NCBI GenBank assembly: GCA_947459245.1
Contig: CANHCV010000002.1
Span: 6,217 to 70,216, forward strand
Length of the DNA: 64,000 nucleotides
Direction: 5' to 3'
Origin: Bacteroidota bacterium
GTDB lineage: Bacteria; Bacteroidota; Bacteroidia; UBA7662; CANHCV01
The notes under the pieces are model-generated. The model saw only the letters and a program-made list of their open reading frames with translations, did not search any database and was not told where the DNA came from. The translations under genes and the position numbers were made by a program. Of the stretch, positions 47,555 to 56,928 are shown piece after piece (position 1 is the stretch's first letter; every line of letters begins with the position of its first letter).

Positions 47555-49144
47555 ATGGCAGGTGGTAATGTTTCACCGCGTCAGAAGATGATCAACATGA
47601 TGTATCTCGTGTTGACCGCCCTCTTGGCGCTTCAGGTTTCAAGTGAGGTGTTGGCTGCGTTCTTTCGCATCAATAACTCCTTGAGTTCCTCTAACGTAAA
47701 TACCGTATCTAAAATTGATGCGCTTTACGACAAATTTGAATCCGAATACAAAAAGAATCCAGCGAAAGTTGAGAAGTTTTACACCAAAGCAAAAGACGCA
47801 AAATCTGCAGTAGAAGAAGCTTTAAAAGTTATTTCTGAATACCGCGATAAGCTGATCGATTTGGCTGGTAACGTAAACGGTAAACACGATGCTGGTGACC
47901 ACAAAGACGAGGATATTACCAAGTCTTGGATGGGTGAATCCAACATCGACGTTGGTCCAGTATTGTTCATTGGTCCCAATGGACGTACCAAAGACGGTGA
48001 CCGTTTGGAAAACACCATTCGCGACGTTCGCAAGAAGTTGATCGCTTTGGTTGGAGAACAGAACAAAGGCTTGGTGAAAATCGAAGAGCCTGTAGGTTTG
48101 CCTGCTTCTAAGGATCAACCCAAAAAATCTTGGTTGGAAGCCAACTTCCAATCCATGCCTTTGGCCGGTATCGTTACCTTGATGACCAAATTTGAATCAG
48201 ATTTGCGCAACTCTCAATCTGAAATCGTTGCCTTCTTGTTGGGTGATATCGATGCATTGGACATCAAAGTAAACAAATTGGAAGCTAAGGTTATCGCAAA
48301 ATCTACTTATATCCTTCAGGGTGGTAAGTACGAAGCTGAAGTAATTGTAGCTGCATTTGACTCGACTGCTCAACCAAAAGCATACGTTGGTGGAAGCTTG
48401 TTGAAAAACGAAGGCGGAAAATCAATGTACTCTTCTGGAGCTACTGCAGCTGGAGTTAAGAAGTACGAAGGTTACGTAGAATTCCCAGATCCAAAGTCTC
48501 CAACCGGTATCGCCAAACTTCCATTCAAAGCTGAATACGAAGTGGGTGCTCCTACCGCTGCGGTTTCTCCCGATAACATGAACGTATTCTACATTGGTGT
48601 AGATAACCCAGTTACTATTTCTGCATCTGGAGTTTCTGCGAACTCTTTGAAACCTCAATTGGTAGGTGATGGAACCATCACTTCAACCGGTCCTGGTAAA
48701 TTCATGGTTCGCGTTTCTGGCCCTGCAGTTAAAGACAAAAAAGTTGTTGTTAAAGTAATCGGTCAAGTTGATGGCAAGCCACGTGAAATGGGTGCTGCTG
48801 AATTCCGAGTAAAGGCAATTCCTCTTCCTACTGCGAAAGTTGGTGCGGTTGAACCTACAGCTCCAGTAACCAAAGTAGCGCTTACTTCTCAATCTGGACT
48901 TACTGCTACTCCACTTGGATTCGATTTCGCTGTTAAATACAACGTAACTGAATATCAGTTCTATGCTTTCATCCCAGGAAAAGGTAAAGCAGTTGTTGAT
49001 GTTAAAGGTGCTGCACTTTCCGGTGAAGTAAAAAATACCATCAGCATTCTTCCCGCTGGTTCCTCCGTTGTTTTCCGTAACATCAAAGCAACTGGTCCTG
49101 ATGGCGTGAAATCATTGCTTCCATTAACCTATGAAATCAAGTAA
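47555..49144 (+). CDS. gldM: Gliding motility / T9SS protein GldM (PorM)
   Basis: N-terminal signature MAGGNVSPRQKMINMMYLVLTALLALQVSSEVL and a periplasmic multi-domain stalk of about 530 aa. Confidence 0.9.
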   Translation: MAGGNVSPRQKMINMMYLVLTALLALQVSSEVLAAFFRINNSLSSSNVNTVSKIDALYDKFESEYKKNPAKVEKFYTKAKDAKSAVEEALKVISEYRDKLIDLAGNVNGKHDAGDHKDEDITKSWMGESNIDVGPVLFIGPNGRTKDGDRLENTIRDVRKKLIALVGEQNKGLVKIEEPVGLPASKDQPKKSWLEANFQSMPLAGIVTLMTKFESDLRNSQSEIVAFLLGDIDALDIKVNKLEAKVIAKSTYILQGGKYEAEVIVAAFDSTAQPKAYVGGSLLKNEGGKSMYSSGATAAGVKKYEGYVEFPDPKSPTGIAKLPFKAEYEVGAPTAAVSPDNMNVFYIGVDNPVTISASGVSANSLKPQLVGDGTITSTGPGKFMVRVSGPAVKDKKVVVKVIGQVDGKPREMGAAEFRVKAIPLPTAKVGAVEPTAPVTKVALTSQSGLTATPLGFDFAVKYNVTEYQFYAFIPGKGKAVVDVKGAALSGEVKNTISILPAGSSVVFRNIKATGPDGVKSLLPLTYEIK

Positions 49145-49148
49145 TCTT

Positions 49149-50132
49149 ATGAAAAAGGTTATCCTATTGTTAGCAGTTGTTGGTATGTTTTCTTCTTTTG
49201 ATGCTATGGCTCAAAAAAAGAAAAAGAAACCAGCTCCTAAAAAACCAACCACAACTCAAACTACTCCCGTAGTTGAAACGCCAGCAGCTCCTCCTGCACC
49301 AAAAATTGATCCGGCAGATGTTCGTCCAAAAGTTGGACAAGCTAATCCAAACATCAAAGTGGTTGATGGAGGTTTCGAACGCCGTTCAGCTTCAGCTAAA
49401 GGAGCCATTGATCTTCCACAATTGCGTGAGAGTGATATCATTTGGTCTAAAGTTGTTTACCGTCAGATCGATTTGAAAGAGAAACAAAATTTGCCTTTGG
49501 CTTATAAAGGAAATCAACAAAAGAAGGATTTTCGCCTTCAGTTGATGGAATTGATGAAGTCTGGTAAATTGGAAGGATTCATCTTCGGTCGTTTGTTCGC
49601 TGATTATGCTGTAGAATTGGATGATTCTCAGGTGATGAGTAAAAACAACGTACTTAGCCAAGTAAACATCAAGGAAGTTATTCCTGTGGATGAAGACGGT
49701 GATGGTACCGCTGAAAGCTCAAAAGACACCTTGATTCCAATTGATGCTGATAAAATTACTGCTCTTCGTGTTAAAGAAGAATGGTATTTCGACAAGCAGT
49801 ACGGTCGTTTCGATGTTCGTATCGTAGCTATTGCTCCTTGTTACCGTAACCCTTCAGGTGATGGATACATCACCATCGCTTGGGTTTATTATCCAGCTCT
49901 TCGTCCTTTCATTTCTACTACCGAAATGATTTGCTGGCAGAACGATAATGCTAAAATTACTTTTGATGATTTCTTCATCAAGCGTTTGTTCTCCTCTGTT
50001 ATTTACCGCGAGGTTGAAGTAGGCGATCGTAACATTGAACAGTACACAGGTCCTGGTACTGCAGCTTTGAAAGAAGCCGATAAAATCAAAAACAAAATCA
50101 TCGATTGGGAACAATCGTTGTGGGAATATTGA
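49149..50132 (+). CDS. gldN: Gliding motility / T9SS protein GldN (PorN)
   Basis: Signal peptide MKKVILLLAVVGMFSSFDAMAQ at an ATG 5 bp after the gldM stop. Length and position are GldN-like. Confidence 0.85.
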   Translation: MKKVILLLAVVGMFSSFDAMAQKKKKKPAPKKPTTTQTTPVVETPAAPPAPKIDPADVRPKVGQANPNIKVVDGGFERRSASAKGAIDLPQLRESDIIWSKVVYRQIDLKEKQNLPLAYKGNQQKKDFRLQLMELMKSGKLEGFIFGRLFADYAVELDDSQVMSKNNVLSQVNIKEVIPVDEDGDGTAESSKDTLIPIDADKITALRVKEEWYFDKQYGRFDVRIVAIAPCYRNPSGDGYITIAWVYYPALRPFISTTEMICWQNDNAKITFDDFFIKRLFSSVIYREVEVGDRNIEQYTGPGTAALKEADKIKNKIIDWEQSLWEY

Positions 50133-50147
50133 TCCCAATTTTGTCCT

Positions 50148-50181
50148 AATAAAAAAGCCCTGTCGAAAGATAGGGCTTTTT
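50148..50181. terminator. Bidirectional rho-independent terminator between gldN and ssrA
   Basis: The sequence aaaaaaGCCCTGTCgaaaGATAGGGCtttttta forms a stem (with one G-U pair) flanked by an A-run and a T-run. Confidence 0.6.
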
Positions 50182-50184
50182 TAT

Positions 50185-50552
50185 TGGTGGACCCGGAGGG
50201 AGTCGAACCCTCGTCCGGAGCTGATCTTCACAGGCGATCTACATGCTTAGTTGCATCTTGCTTTTCGTGAATGAACCGGCAATGCAACGGCCTACTCATT
50301 CCTTATCCCTTTGATCTCGGAACCTTTAAGGGCGTGGAAGTTCCTATCTCCTGCATACTGGACCCGGTCGACCCGCCGGCAGGAGCCATGGGCAGGTGCG
50401 TAGGGTACTAGTGCGTTAATCCTAGATTAAGCAGCTAGTGCGTAGTTGTTGTTGCCAGTTAAAGGCTGAAGGTTCAGATTAACGTGCATTTCCAACAAGG
50501 CACGGCATGCACACAAGCAAAGGCGTCAACCCGTCGATTCCGGTCGGGCCCC
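50185..50552 (-). ncRNA. ssrA: Transfer-messenger RNA (tmRNA, ssrA), about 368 nt
   Basis: On the minus strand the 5' end reads GGGGCCCGACCGGAATCGACGGG. The tag reading frame reads ...GNNNYALAA* (stop at plus 50427-50429). The 3' end reads GGACGAGGGTTCGACTCCCTCCGGGTCCACCA, giving a T-arm, a G3-U wobble in the acceptor stem and a CCA end. Confidence 0.85.
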
Positions 50553-50607
50553 GTTTGAGTGTGTTAATTCAAAAACCTTGCAAAGGTAACCCGTTCCAAA
50601 ATTTTTT

Positions 50608-51210
50608 TTAGAAAAGCTTTTGCTGATTTTCTGGTAGTAGGCGGAAACTCTTCCGATGGATTTCGGTTGGCCCTAACTGTTGAATGGCTTTACGGTGTTC
50701 AATGGTAGGATAACCCATGTTTGTTTTCCAGTTGTATTGTGGATGTAAATCATGGTATTCCTCCATGATTCGATCTCTTTCTGTTTTTGCCAAAATACTT
50801 GCCGCACTGATGGCCGCTACCAATGCATCCCCTTTTACAACCGTTTGATGCGGCCAATTTCGGAAAGGTTTAAACCGATTTCCATCCACCAAAATGATGT
50901 CGGGTGTTTCTTTAACTTTTTCCAATGCTTTGTGCATCGCTAAAACGGATGCCCACAGGATATTGTGCTCGTCGATTTCTTCAGGGCTGCAAATCCCAAC
51001 GCCGAAAGCTACAGCTTGCTCTTCAATTAAAGTGCGTAACCGATTTCGATTCTTTTTATTCACCACTTTGGAATCCGTAAGGTTCGGTAAATCGTACTTT
51101 TCGGGTAACCAAACGGCTGCTGCAACGACCGGTCCTGCCAAACAACCTCTTCCCGCTTCGTCGCAGCCAACATGCCTCCACGAAATTCCATGTTCTTCAA
51201 TCCAACTCAT
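50608..51210 (-). CDS. rnhB: Ribonuclease HII
   Basis: Motif GCDEAGRGCLAGPVVAAAV together with DSK and ILVDG catalytic motifs. Confidence 0.85.
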   Translation of the reverse strand: MSWIEEHGISWRHVGCDEAGRGCLAGPVVAAAVWLPEKYDLPNLTDSKVVNKKNRNRLRTLIEEQAVAFGVGICSPEEIDEHNILWASVLAMHKALEKVKETPDIILVDGNRFKPFRNWPHQTVVKGDALVAAISAASILAKTERDRIMEEYHDLHPQYNWKTNMGYPTIEHRKAIQQLGPTEIHRKSFRLLPENQQKLF

Positions 51211-51920
51211 GACTTCCCGTCGTATTCGTACATGGCCATGTGGCCAACGCCTTTCATTACAAAAACATGGGTACTAGGGATGCATTTTGCGGTTTCCTCT
51301 ACCTGCCATGGTTCTATGCTTTCATCTTCTGTTCCTACAAAGAATAGAGCTCGGTTGTTTAGTTTGGAAAGAAATTCAGTTCGGTCGGGGCGATCCCTCA
51401 TCGATAAACTGGCTTGGATAACTGTTTCTGGTCGTATGCTTTGAGCACGTTGTTTTAATAACTCGGTAACCGATTGGAATTTTTCCCGATTTGCAGGGGC
51501 AAACAAATTCCGATGGAAACCATCCAGGAATAAAGCTGTACCTTTTTCTTTAACCAAATCAATCAATCGGGTGCGGTTTTGTTGCTTCATTACGCCATCG
51601 GCTGCAGCATGGCTATTGATGAGCCAGAATTCGGTAATTCTTGATTCCTGTTGTTCTGCCATGGCTAAACCGATGTAACCGCCCATGCTGTGGCCGGCAA
51701 TGGCAAGGTGATGGATGTTCATCCCATCGATCCATTGCCACAATTCTTTGGCTTCTTCTTCGATTCCTAAAAAATCTTCGTTCACCCTTCTTCCAAATCC
51801 TCCTAGATCTGGGGCTAAGATTCGGTATTTCTTGCTCCAATTGGCCAATTGAGGTTCCCAAATTCTGGAATCTTCCATGAATCCATGAATGAGCAACAAG
51901 TAAGGGCGTTGGTCTTCCAT
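51207..51920 (-). CDS. Alpha/beta-fold hydrolase
   Basis: Motifs LLLIHGF and the nucleophile elbow GHSMGG. Confidence 0.75.
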   Translation of the reverse strand: MEDQRPYLLLIHGFMEDSRIWEPQLANWSKKYRILAPDLGGFGRRVNEDFLGIEEEAKELWQWIDGMNIHHLAIAGHSMGGYIGLAMAEQQESRITEFWLINSHAAADGVMKQQNRTRLIDLVKEKGTALFLDGFHRNLFAPANREKFQSVTELLKQRAQSIRPETVIQASLSMRDRPDRTEFLSKLNNRALFFVGTEDESIEPWQVEETAKCIPSTHVFVMKGVGHMAMYEYDGKS

Positions 51921-53206
51921 CAGGGGCGAATTTTTAACTGCTGTCCTAACCGGAGCGAAGCATTGGTTAAACCGTTTCGTTTCAAAAGATCATCTACTTT
52001 TATTCCATATTTTTTGGAGATGGAGTAAGCGGTTTCACCTTGGAGTACGGTATGGAATTCGGGTAACAAAAGGGAAGGTCGTTCAGTTGAAACGGTATCG
52101 ATGGGTTTGATTGGGACAATAACTTTCTTTGGAAGGGTGTCGGTGGGTGGACCGCTGATGCTGCTCGGTTTTTTTACGATGGTATCACCGGGTTGGTATT
52201 TGGGAGTAGAATCGATTTTGGGTTGAAGTTGAATTTTCCGTTGTTCTATATCGTTGGAGCTGCGTGTTTTCGGTGTTTCATCGGTTTTTTTTCGCAGGAA
52301 AAGGATGGTTCCTTCCGCCGGTTCCTGACCTTCTTCCAAGTGGTTCTTTCTTCGCAGCGAATTCAACCGAATGCCGTGCAGCTGAGAAATTTGCCATAAG
52401 GTTTCCGTTGCACCTACTTTGTGGTAAGGTGTTCGAGCTTTTCTTCGTTTGGGTTTCAAATACACCACTTCTCCGGGCTCGAACAAGAATTTTTCTTTGG
52501 GCAAATCGTTGTATTTGTAAATCTGCCAGGGCATCATCTGAAACTTATCGGCTACACTTAGAGGGCCCTCATCGTTTTTCTGAACGGCATACGCATCGAT
52601 TTCATTGTATTTGATGATTTGTTTCACCACTTTTTCATCCAAGTGTTGTTTTGGAATGGGCTTCGAATGCTGAACCAAGTTTTTTAAACCGTTTTCATCC
52701 ACCAAATCGTATTGCATCAATTGCAGTTTCTCAATCAAATCGATGAGCAATTGAGCGTAATTGGGATTGGTGGCGTACCCTGCTTTTTTAAGCCCCAGGG
52801 CCCAACTTCGGTAATCTGTTTTATTGAGATCGAACAAAAAAGCGTACCGTGGACGCGTTCTTAAAAAATTACTATGGTCGGTAAAACTTTCTTCTGCACT
52901 GCCGTAAACCCGAAAACATTCCCCAATGGTATCGTCGTCCATGTAAATTTTTGGGCCTTTCCAATCCTTGTGGCATTTGATGCCGAAGTGATTTTTAGCC
53001 TCAGTAGCTAATTGGGAGTTGCCCGAACTCGACTCTAGAATGCCTTGCGCCAAGGTGATGGAAGCCGGTACTCCGGTTCTGATCATTTCCGAAATGGCGA
53101 TGGTCTTGTATTTTTCGATGTATTGTTCTTTGGTTTGACGGGTATTGACTTGAGCTGATGCCAAGCCCCAATAGAACAATCCTAAAAATAGAAAAAGGTG
53201 TTTCAT
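51920..53206 (-). CDS. Peptidoglycan hydrolase: GH73 N-acetylglucosaminidase (FlgJ-like) domain plus two LysM domains
   Basis: Signal peptide. The GH73 motif reads ...SITLAQGILESSSG...HFGIK. Two LysM repeats are present (YHKVGATETLWQISQLHGI... and HTVLQGETAYSISKKYGIKVDDLL). Confidence 0.75.
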   Translation of the reverse strand: MKHLFLFLGLFYWGLASAQVNTRQTKEQYIEKYKTIAISEMIRTGVPASITLAQGILESSSGNSQLATEAKNHFGIKCHKDWKGPKIYMDDDTIGECFRVYGSAEESFTDHSNFLRTRPRYAFLFDLNKTDYRSWALGLKKAGYATNPNYAQLLIDLIEKLQLMQYDLVDENGLKNLVQHSKPIPKQHLDEKVVKQIIKYNEIDAYAVQKNDEGPLSVADKFQMMPWQIYKYNDLPKEKFLFEPGEVVYLKPKRRKARTPYHKVGATETLWQISQLHGIRLNSLRRKNHLEEGQEPAEGTILFLRKKTDETPKTRSSNDIEQRKIQLQPKIDSTPKYQPGDTIVKKPSSISGPPTDTLPKKVIVPIKPIDTVSTERPSLLLPEFHTVLQGETAYSISKKYGIKVDDLLKRNGLTNASLRLGQQLKIRP

Positions 53207-53838
53207 TTTTTTTGAATCAAGGTAAGTCCGTCCCTAAGGGGTAAAATTACGGAAGTCACTCGGGAATCTTCGGCAATTTTTTGATTGAATTGGCGAAGGG
53301 TTACGGCATCTTTTTGTTGGTTGGTGGGATCGGCCACGGTGCCGTACCAAAGCACGTTGTCAACGATGATTAGCCCACCGGAACGCAGCAAAACCAATGC
53401 TGCCTCATAATAGGCATCGTATTGCTGCTTTTCGGCATCAATGAAAATCAAGTCAAAGATTTCGGAGCTTTCTTTCATCCACAACAATGCATCTCCACAA
53501 TGAAAAGAAATTCGGTTCGATTCGGGATATTCCTGCAAGAGGCGTTGGGCTTTCACCCAATGCTCCTCGTTTTTTTCCAAGGTAATCACTCGTCCGTTTT
53601 CTCCAACACCAAACGCAAACGCAAGGGCGCTCTGTCCGGTAAACGTTCCTACATCCAAAACATTGCGAGCGCCCATCAATTGGGCCATGAGTCGAAGGAA
53701 TTGGGCCTGCCCCACATCCGAAACCATGTGGCCGTACACCATTTCCCATTGGCTTTTTTTCCAAAGTTTTCGAAAAGCTTCGGGGGCATCCCCAACGTGT
53801 GCGTCGAGGTAGTTTTCAATGGAAGAATGAAGAATCAT
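53203..53838 (-). CDS. Class I SAM-dependent O-methyltransferase (family 3, CCoAOMT-like)
   Basis: Motif NVLDVGTFTGQSAL followed by DLIFIDAEKQQY. Confidence 0.8.
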   Translation of the reverse strand: MILHSSIENYLDAHVGDAPEAFRKLWKKSQWEMVYGHMVSDVGQAQFLRLMAQLMGARNVLDVGTFTGQSALAFAFGVGENGRVITLEKNEEHWVKAQRLLQEYPESNRISFHCGDALLWMKESSEIFDLIFIDAEKQQYDAYYEAALVLLRSGGLIIVDNVLWYGTVADPTNQQKDAVTLRQFNQKIAEDSRVTSVILPLRDGLTLIQKK

Positions 53839-55064
53839 GCCTCAGGAAAATAAGTGAGTCGACTTAACCGATTGGGATGAATTTGATCGTTTGCGCAAGC
53901 CAAAAGATCAGCAGAAGTTATGGCATCGATGGCTTTGAATACCTCATCCAAAGAATCGATCCGACCAAAATCAAGGAGGTTTTTCGCTAATGCTGCAATG
54001 AGCCCTTGTCGGCTTTCCTCTCCCATCAGAACTTTGCTTTTGAATTGGGTTTTGAAGCGGTGCAATTCGCCGGTTGAAAGGGCTTTGGTGCACAACTTCA
54101 TCAACTCTTTATCGATCAGTCCTTCAATTTTTGAGGCGTATTTAGGGTCGGAGCTGAAAAAGATGTTGAACAATCCGGCGTCGGTCATGGGGTTGTATTG
54201 CGCCTCAATCTGGTAAACCAGTCCTACTTTTTCGCGGATGTTCAAGTTGAGTCGGGAATTGGCGTTATCTCCTCCCAAAATAGCGGTGAGGAGCAGCATG
54301 GGAATGCGTTGAGATTCGGCAGCAGAAAACGCCAATGCGCCCAAATTCTTATAAACTTGCTGGCAGTTTTTGGCTTCTTGAATTTGGAATGGGGTATCCT
54401 TTTGAAAAGCTTTTCGCTTCGGAGCCGCACCAGTAGGCATGTATTCCAAATATCTTTCAACCGCAGCAACCACTTTGCTCAACGGCCAATTGCCGGAATA
54501 GGCCAAAACCGAATTTTCGGCGGTGAAGTAGTTGCGATGAAAACTTGCAACCATTTCGGTATGGAAGCGGGTTACCGAATGTTCGGTTCCTAAAATGTTG
54601 GTTCCCAAAGGAGTTCCTGCAAACAACTTTTCTTCAAAAACATCGAAGATTTGCTCGTCGGGACTGTCTTGGTACAAGTGGATTTCATCGATCACCACCG
54701 ATTTTTCTTTTTCCAATTCTTTGGATGGAAAGGTAGAAAAAAAGTACTGATCGAGCAGTAAATCCAATGCTTTTCGGGTATGTGGATCGATGAAGGAAGC
54801 GTACAAACAAAGTTTTTCTTTGGTGGTGTAAGCATTTACTTCCCCTCCAACCTCATCGAGGTAGGTGTTCACTTTGTGGGCCGATCGTTTTTGGGTACCT
54901 TTAAAAAGGAGGTGCTCGGTGAAATGCGCCAAACCGTTCTCGTGTTCGTTTTTTTCATCGCGGGTACCCACGTTTCCAACCAACGCCCAGTGGCCTACTT
55001 GGGTATGTTTGATGCGTTGGTGAACCAGTTGCAATCCGTTAGTGAAGCGATGAATGTGAATCAT
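53835..55064 (-). CDS. M16-family (pitrilysin/insulinase) zinc peptidase
   Basis: Inverted zinc motif HxxEH in GLAHFTEHLLFKGT. Length 409 aa. Confidence 0.85.
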   Translation of the reverse strand: MIHIHRFTNGLQLVHQRIKHTQVGHWALVGNVGTRDEKNEHENGLAHFTEHLLFKGTQKRSAHKVNTYLDEVGGEVNAYTTKEKLCLYASFIDPHTRKALDLLLDQYFFSTFPSKELEKEKSVVIDEIHLYQDSPDEQIFDVFEEKLFAGTPLGTNILGTEHSVTRFHTEMVASFHRNYFTAENSVLAYSGNWPLSKVVAAVERYLEYMPTGAAPKRKAFQKDTPFQIQEAKNCQQVYKNLGALAFSAAESQRIPMLLLTAILGGDNANSRLNLNIREKVGLVYQIEAQYNPMTDAGLFNIFFSSDPKYASKIEGLIDKELMKLCTKALSTGELHRFKTQFKSKVLMGEESRQGLIAALAKNLLDFGRIDSLDEVFKAIDAITSADLLACANDQIHPNRLSRLTYFPEA

Positions 55065-55103
55065 AAGGCAAAGGTACGTTGGATCCTCGGATGGGTATGG
55101 AAA

Positions 55104-55436
55104 TTACTTAAAAAGCTCTTCCGGATTCCAGAAATGGTTATGAAAATCGACGATTTGGTTATCAACGATTTTTAATCCCTCGTTTTTCAATCGGTCTTCC
55201 ATTTCGGTAGGGGAGGAGAAGTGCATTTTCCCGCTCAGCAATCCGTTTCGATTCACCACCCGATGGGCGGGAACATCGGCAAATGCATGGCTGGCGTTCA
55301 TGGCGTAACCAACGGTTCTGGCGCTGCGGGGGTGCCCTAAAAACGAAGCGATGGCGCCGTAAGAGGTTACCCTTCCTGGTGGAATTTGACGAACCACTTC
55401 CCAAACCTGCTCAAAAAAATCGGAACTTGAACTCAT
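55104..55436 (-). CDS. Alkyltransferase-like (ATL) / MGMT-family DNA-binding protein with the active-site Cys replaced by Ala
   Basis: MGMT C-terminal helix-turn-helix and active-site region WEVVRQIPPGRVTSYGAIA...VPAHRVVN, with PAHRV in place of the canonical PCHRV. The ATG at 55434-55436 (start MSSSSDFF) gives about 110 aa. Confidence 0.65.
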   Translation of the reverse strand: MSSSSDFFEQVWEVVRQIPPGRVTSYGAIASFLGHPRSARTVGYAMNASHAFADVPAHRVVNRNGLLSGKMHFSSPTEMEDRLKNEGLKIVDNQIVDFHNHFWNPEELFK

Positions 55437-55633
55437 CGGGTGCATTTCACCACCATCACCACCAAACAAAGGAGGAACATAATGATGCTAATTTTATTGA
55501 TGCCGTGCATCACTTTTAAGTTCACGTTTCGGCTTTTTTTGGCTCCCGGGCGAAAGATATCTACCCAATAACTCAGGAATCCAGACTTTCGGTAATTTTG
55601 TTGATTTTCGGGGGTGTTGTTTTGCTTTTCCAT
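55433..55633 (-). CDS. Small tail-anchored membrane protein (hypothetical, 66 aa)
   Basis: It fills the rodA-ATL gap exactly. Its stop overlaps the ATL ATG (ATGA at 55433-55436). It has a polar N-terminus and a C-terminal TM helix IIMFLLCLVVMVV. Confidence 0.4.
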   Translation of the reverse strand: MEKQNNTPENQQNYRKSGFLSYWVDIFRPGAKKSRNVNLKVMHGINKISIIMFLLCLVVMVVKCTR

Positions 55634-55662
55634 GTTTTTATAACAATGAATTCAACGGAAAG

Positions 55663-56928
55663 TTAGCGCATGGTACTTCTCATTCCAGCATCCATCCGTA
55701 AAAGAATTGCCATTAAAATGGAAAACGCCCAAAGTGATGAACCTCCGTAACTGATGAATGGGAGCGGAATACCAATTACAGGAAGAATTCCCATGGTCAT
55801 TCCCAGGTTGATGAGTACGTGGAAAAAGATGATGGATGCAACGCCATAAGCGTAGATTCGGCCGAATTTGGTGGGCATCCTTTCGCCAATGTGGATGATT
55901 CGGAATAGCAAAAGTCCAAACAGAATGATGAGCACGGTACTTCCCACAAACCCCCATTCCTCTCCAATGGTACAAAAAATAAAATCGGTGGTTTGTTCCG
56001 GAACGTAATCGAATTTGGTTTGGGTTCCATTGAGCCAACCTTTGCCTAAAAATCCACCCGAACCGATAGCGATGAGGGATTGGTTAACGTTGTATCCCGC
56101 ACCGGAAGGGTCTTCAATTTTACCCAACAGCAACAGGATGCGGGTTTTTTGGTGCTCTTGCAAAATGTGTTCGAAGGCGTACTGAACGCCATAAATAATG
56201 GCTGTAGATGCCGCCGTCCAGGTGATGGCGGTAATGCTGGCTTGTTTTTTACGGCGGGAAAAAAGCACGTAAAGCATCATGAAAACACCCACCGAGCCGT
56301 ACAAATAAGGAGCTGGAATAAGAATGGATAGCACAATAGCGGCGATGGTTGCCAACCCCAAGACCAAGTAGATGATGCTCAATCCTTCCCGTTGAAGCAC
56401 GAAAATGAAACTGGCGTACACCAAGGCCGAACCCGTATCTCGGGAAAGAATGATGAGGAAGGCCGGCACCAAAATGATGAATGCAGAAATGAGCTGGGTG
56501 GTTTGGTTCTCAAGCCGAACATCGTAACTGGAGAGGTAGCTGGCAACCATCAAGCAGGTGGCTAACTTGGCAAATTCTCCAGGCTGAAGCCCTACGGGTC
56601 CGATTTGGATCCATGCTTTGGCACCGTTTACCTCTTTTCCCAGGAAAATGGTTGCGACCAGAATCCCGATCATGATGATGTACGAGATGGAGGCCATTCC
56701 TTCGAAAAGCCGGTAATCCATGGAGAAGAGTACCACGAATAAAAAAACGGAAGTAAGAATCCAAACGGCTTGTCGGCCGGCGGCGTGTTCCCAATTGAAT
56801 GGCCCTCCCATTTGGGGGCTGTACACGGCGGCATGAATGGCAACCCAGCCAATCAAGACCAATGCCAGCATGAGGATCAGCGTTGGGCGATCGATGTACT
56901 TGAAAGGGTTTTCCTGTTTACCGGCCAT
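55663..56928 (-). CDS. rodA: Peptidoglycan glycosyltransferase RodA (SEDS family)
   Basis: A 10-TM SEDS protein with the motifs ...QPGEFAKLA... and ...ISYGGSS.... It sits in the mre/mrd operon. Confidence 0.9.
   Translation of the reverse strand: MAGKQENPFKYIDRPTLILMLALVLIGWVAIHAAVYSPQMGGPFNWEHAAGRQAVWILTSVFLFVVLFSMDYRLFEGMASISYIIMIGILVATIFLGKEVNGAKAWIQIGPVGLQPGEFAKLATCLMVASYLSSYDVRLENQTTQLISAFIILVPAFLIILSRDTGSALVYASFIFVLQREGLSIIYLVLGLATIAAIVLSILIPAPYLYGSVGVFMMLYVLFSRRKKQASITAITWTAASTAIIYGVQYAFEHILQEHQKTRILLLLGKIEDPSGAGYNVNQSLIAIGSGGFLGKGWLNGTQTKFDYVPEQTTDFIFCTIGEEWGFVGSTVLIILFGLLLFRIIHIGERMPTKFGRIYAYGVASIIFFHVLINLGMTMGILPVIGIPLPFISYGGSSLWAFSILMAILLRMDAGMRSTMR

Noticed and set aside
50190-50560. 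The region was first considered as a candidate riboswitch or other highly structured leader, or as a tRNA.
   Set aside because: It is better explained as a complete tmRNA, with a GGGG 5' end, a tag ORF ending YALAA and a tRNA-like 3' end with CCA. It is too long for a tRNA.
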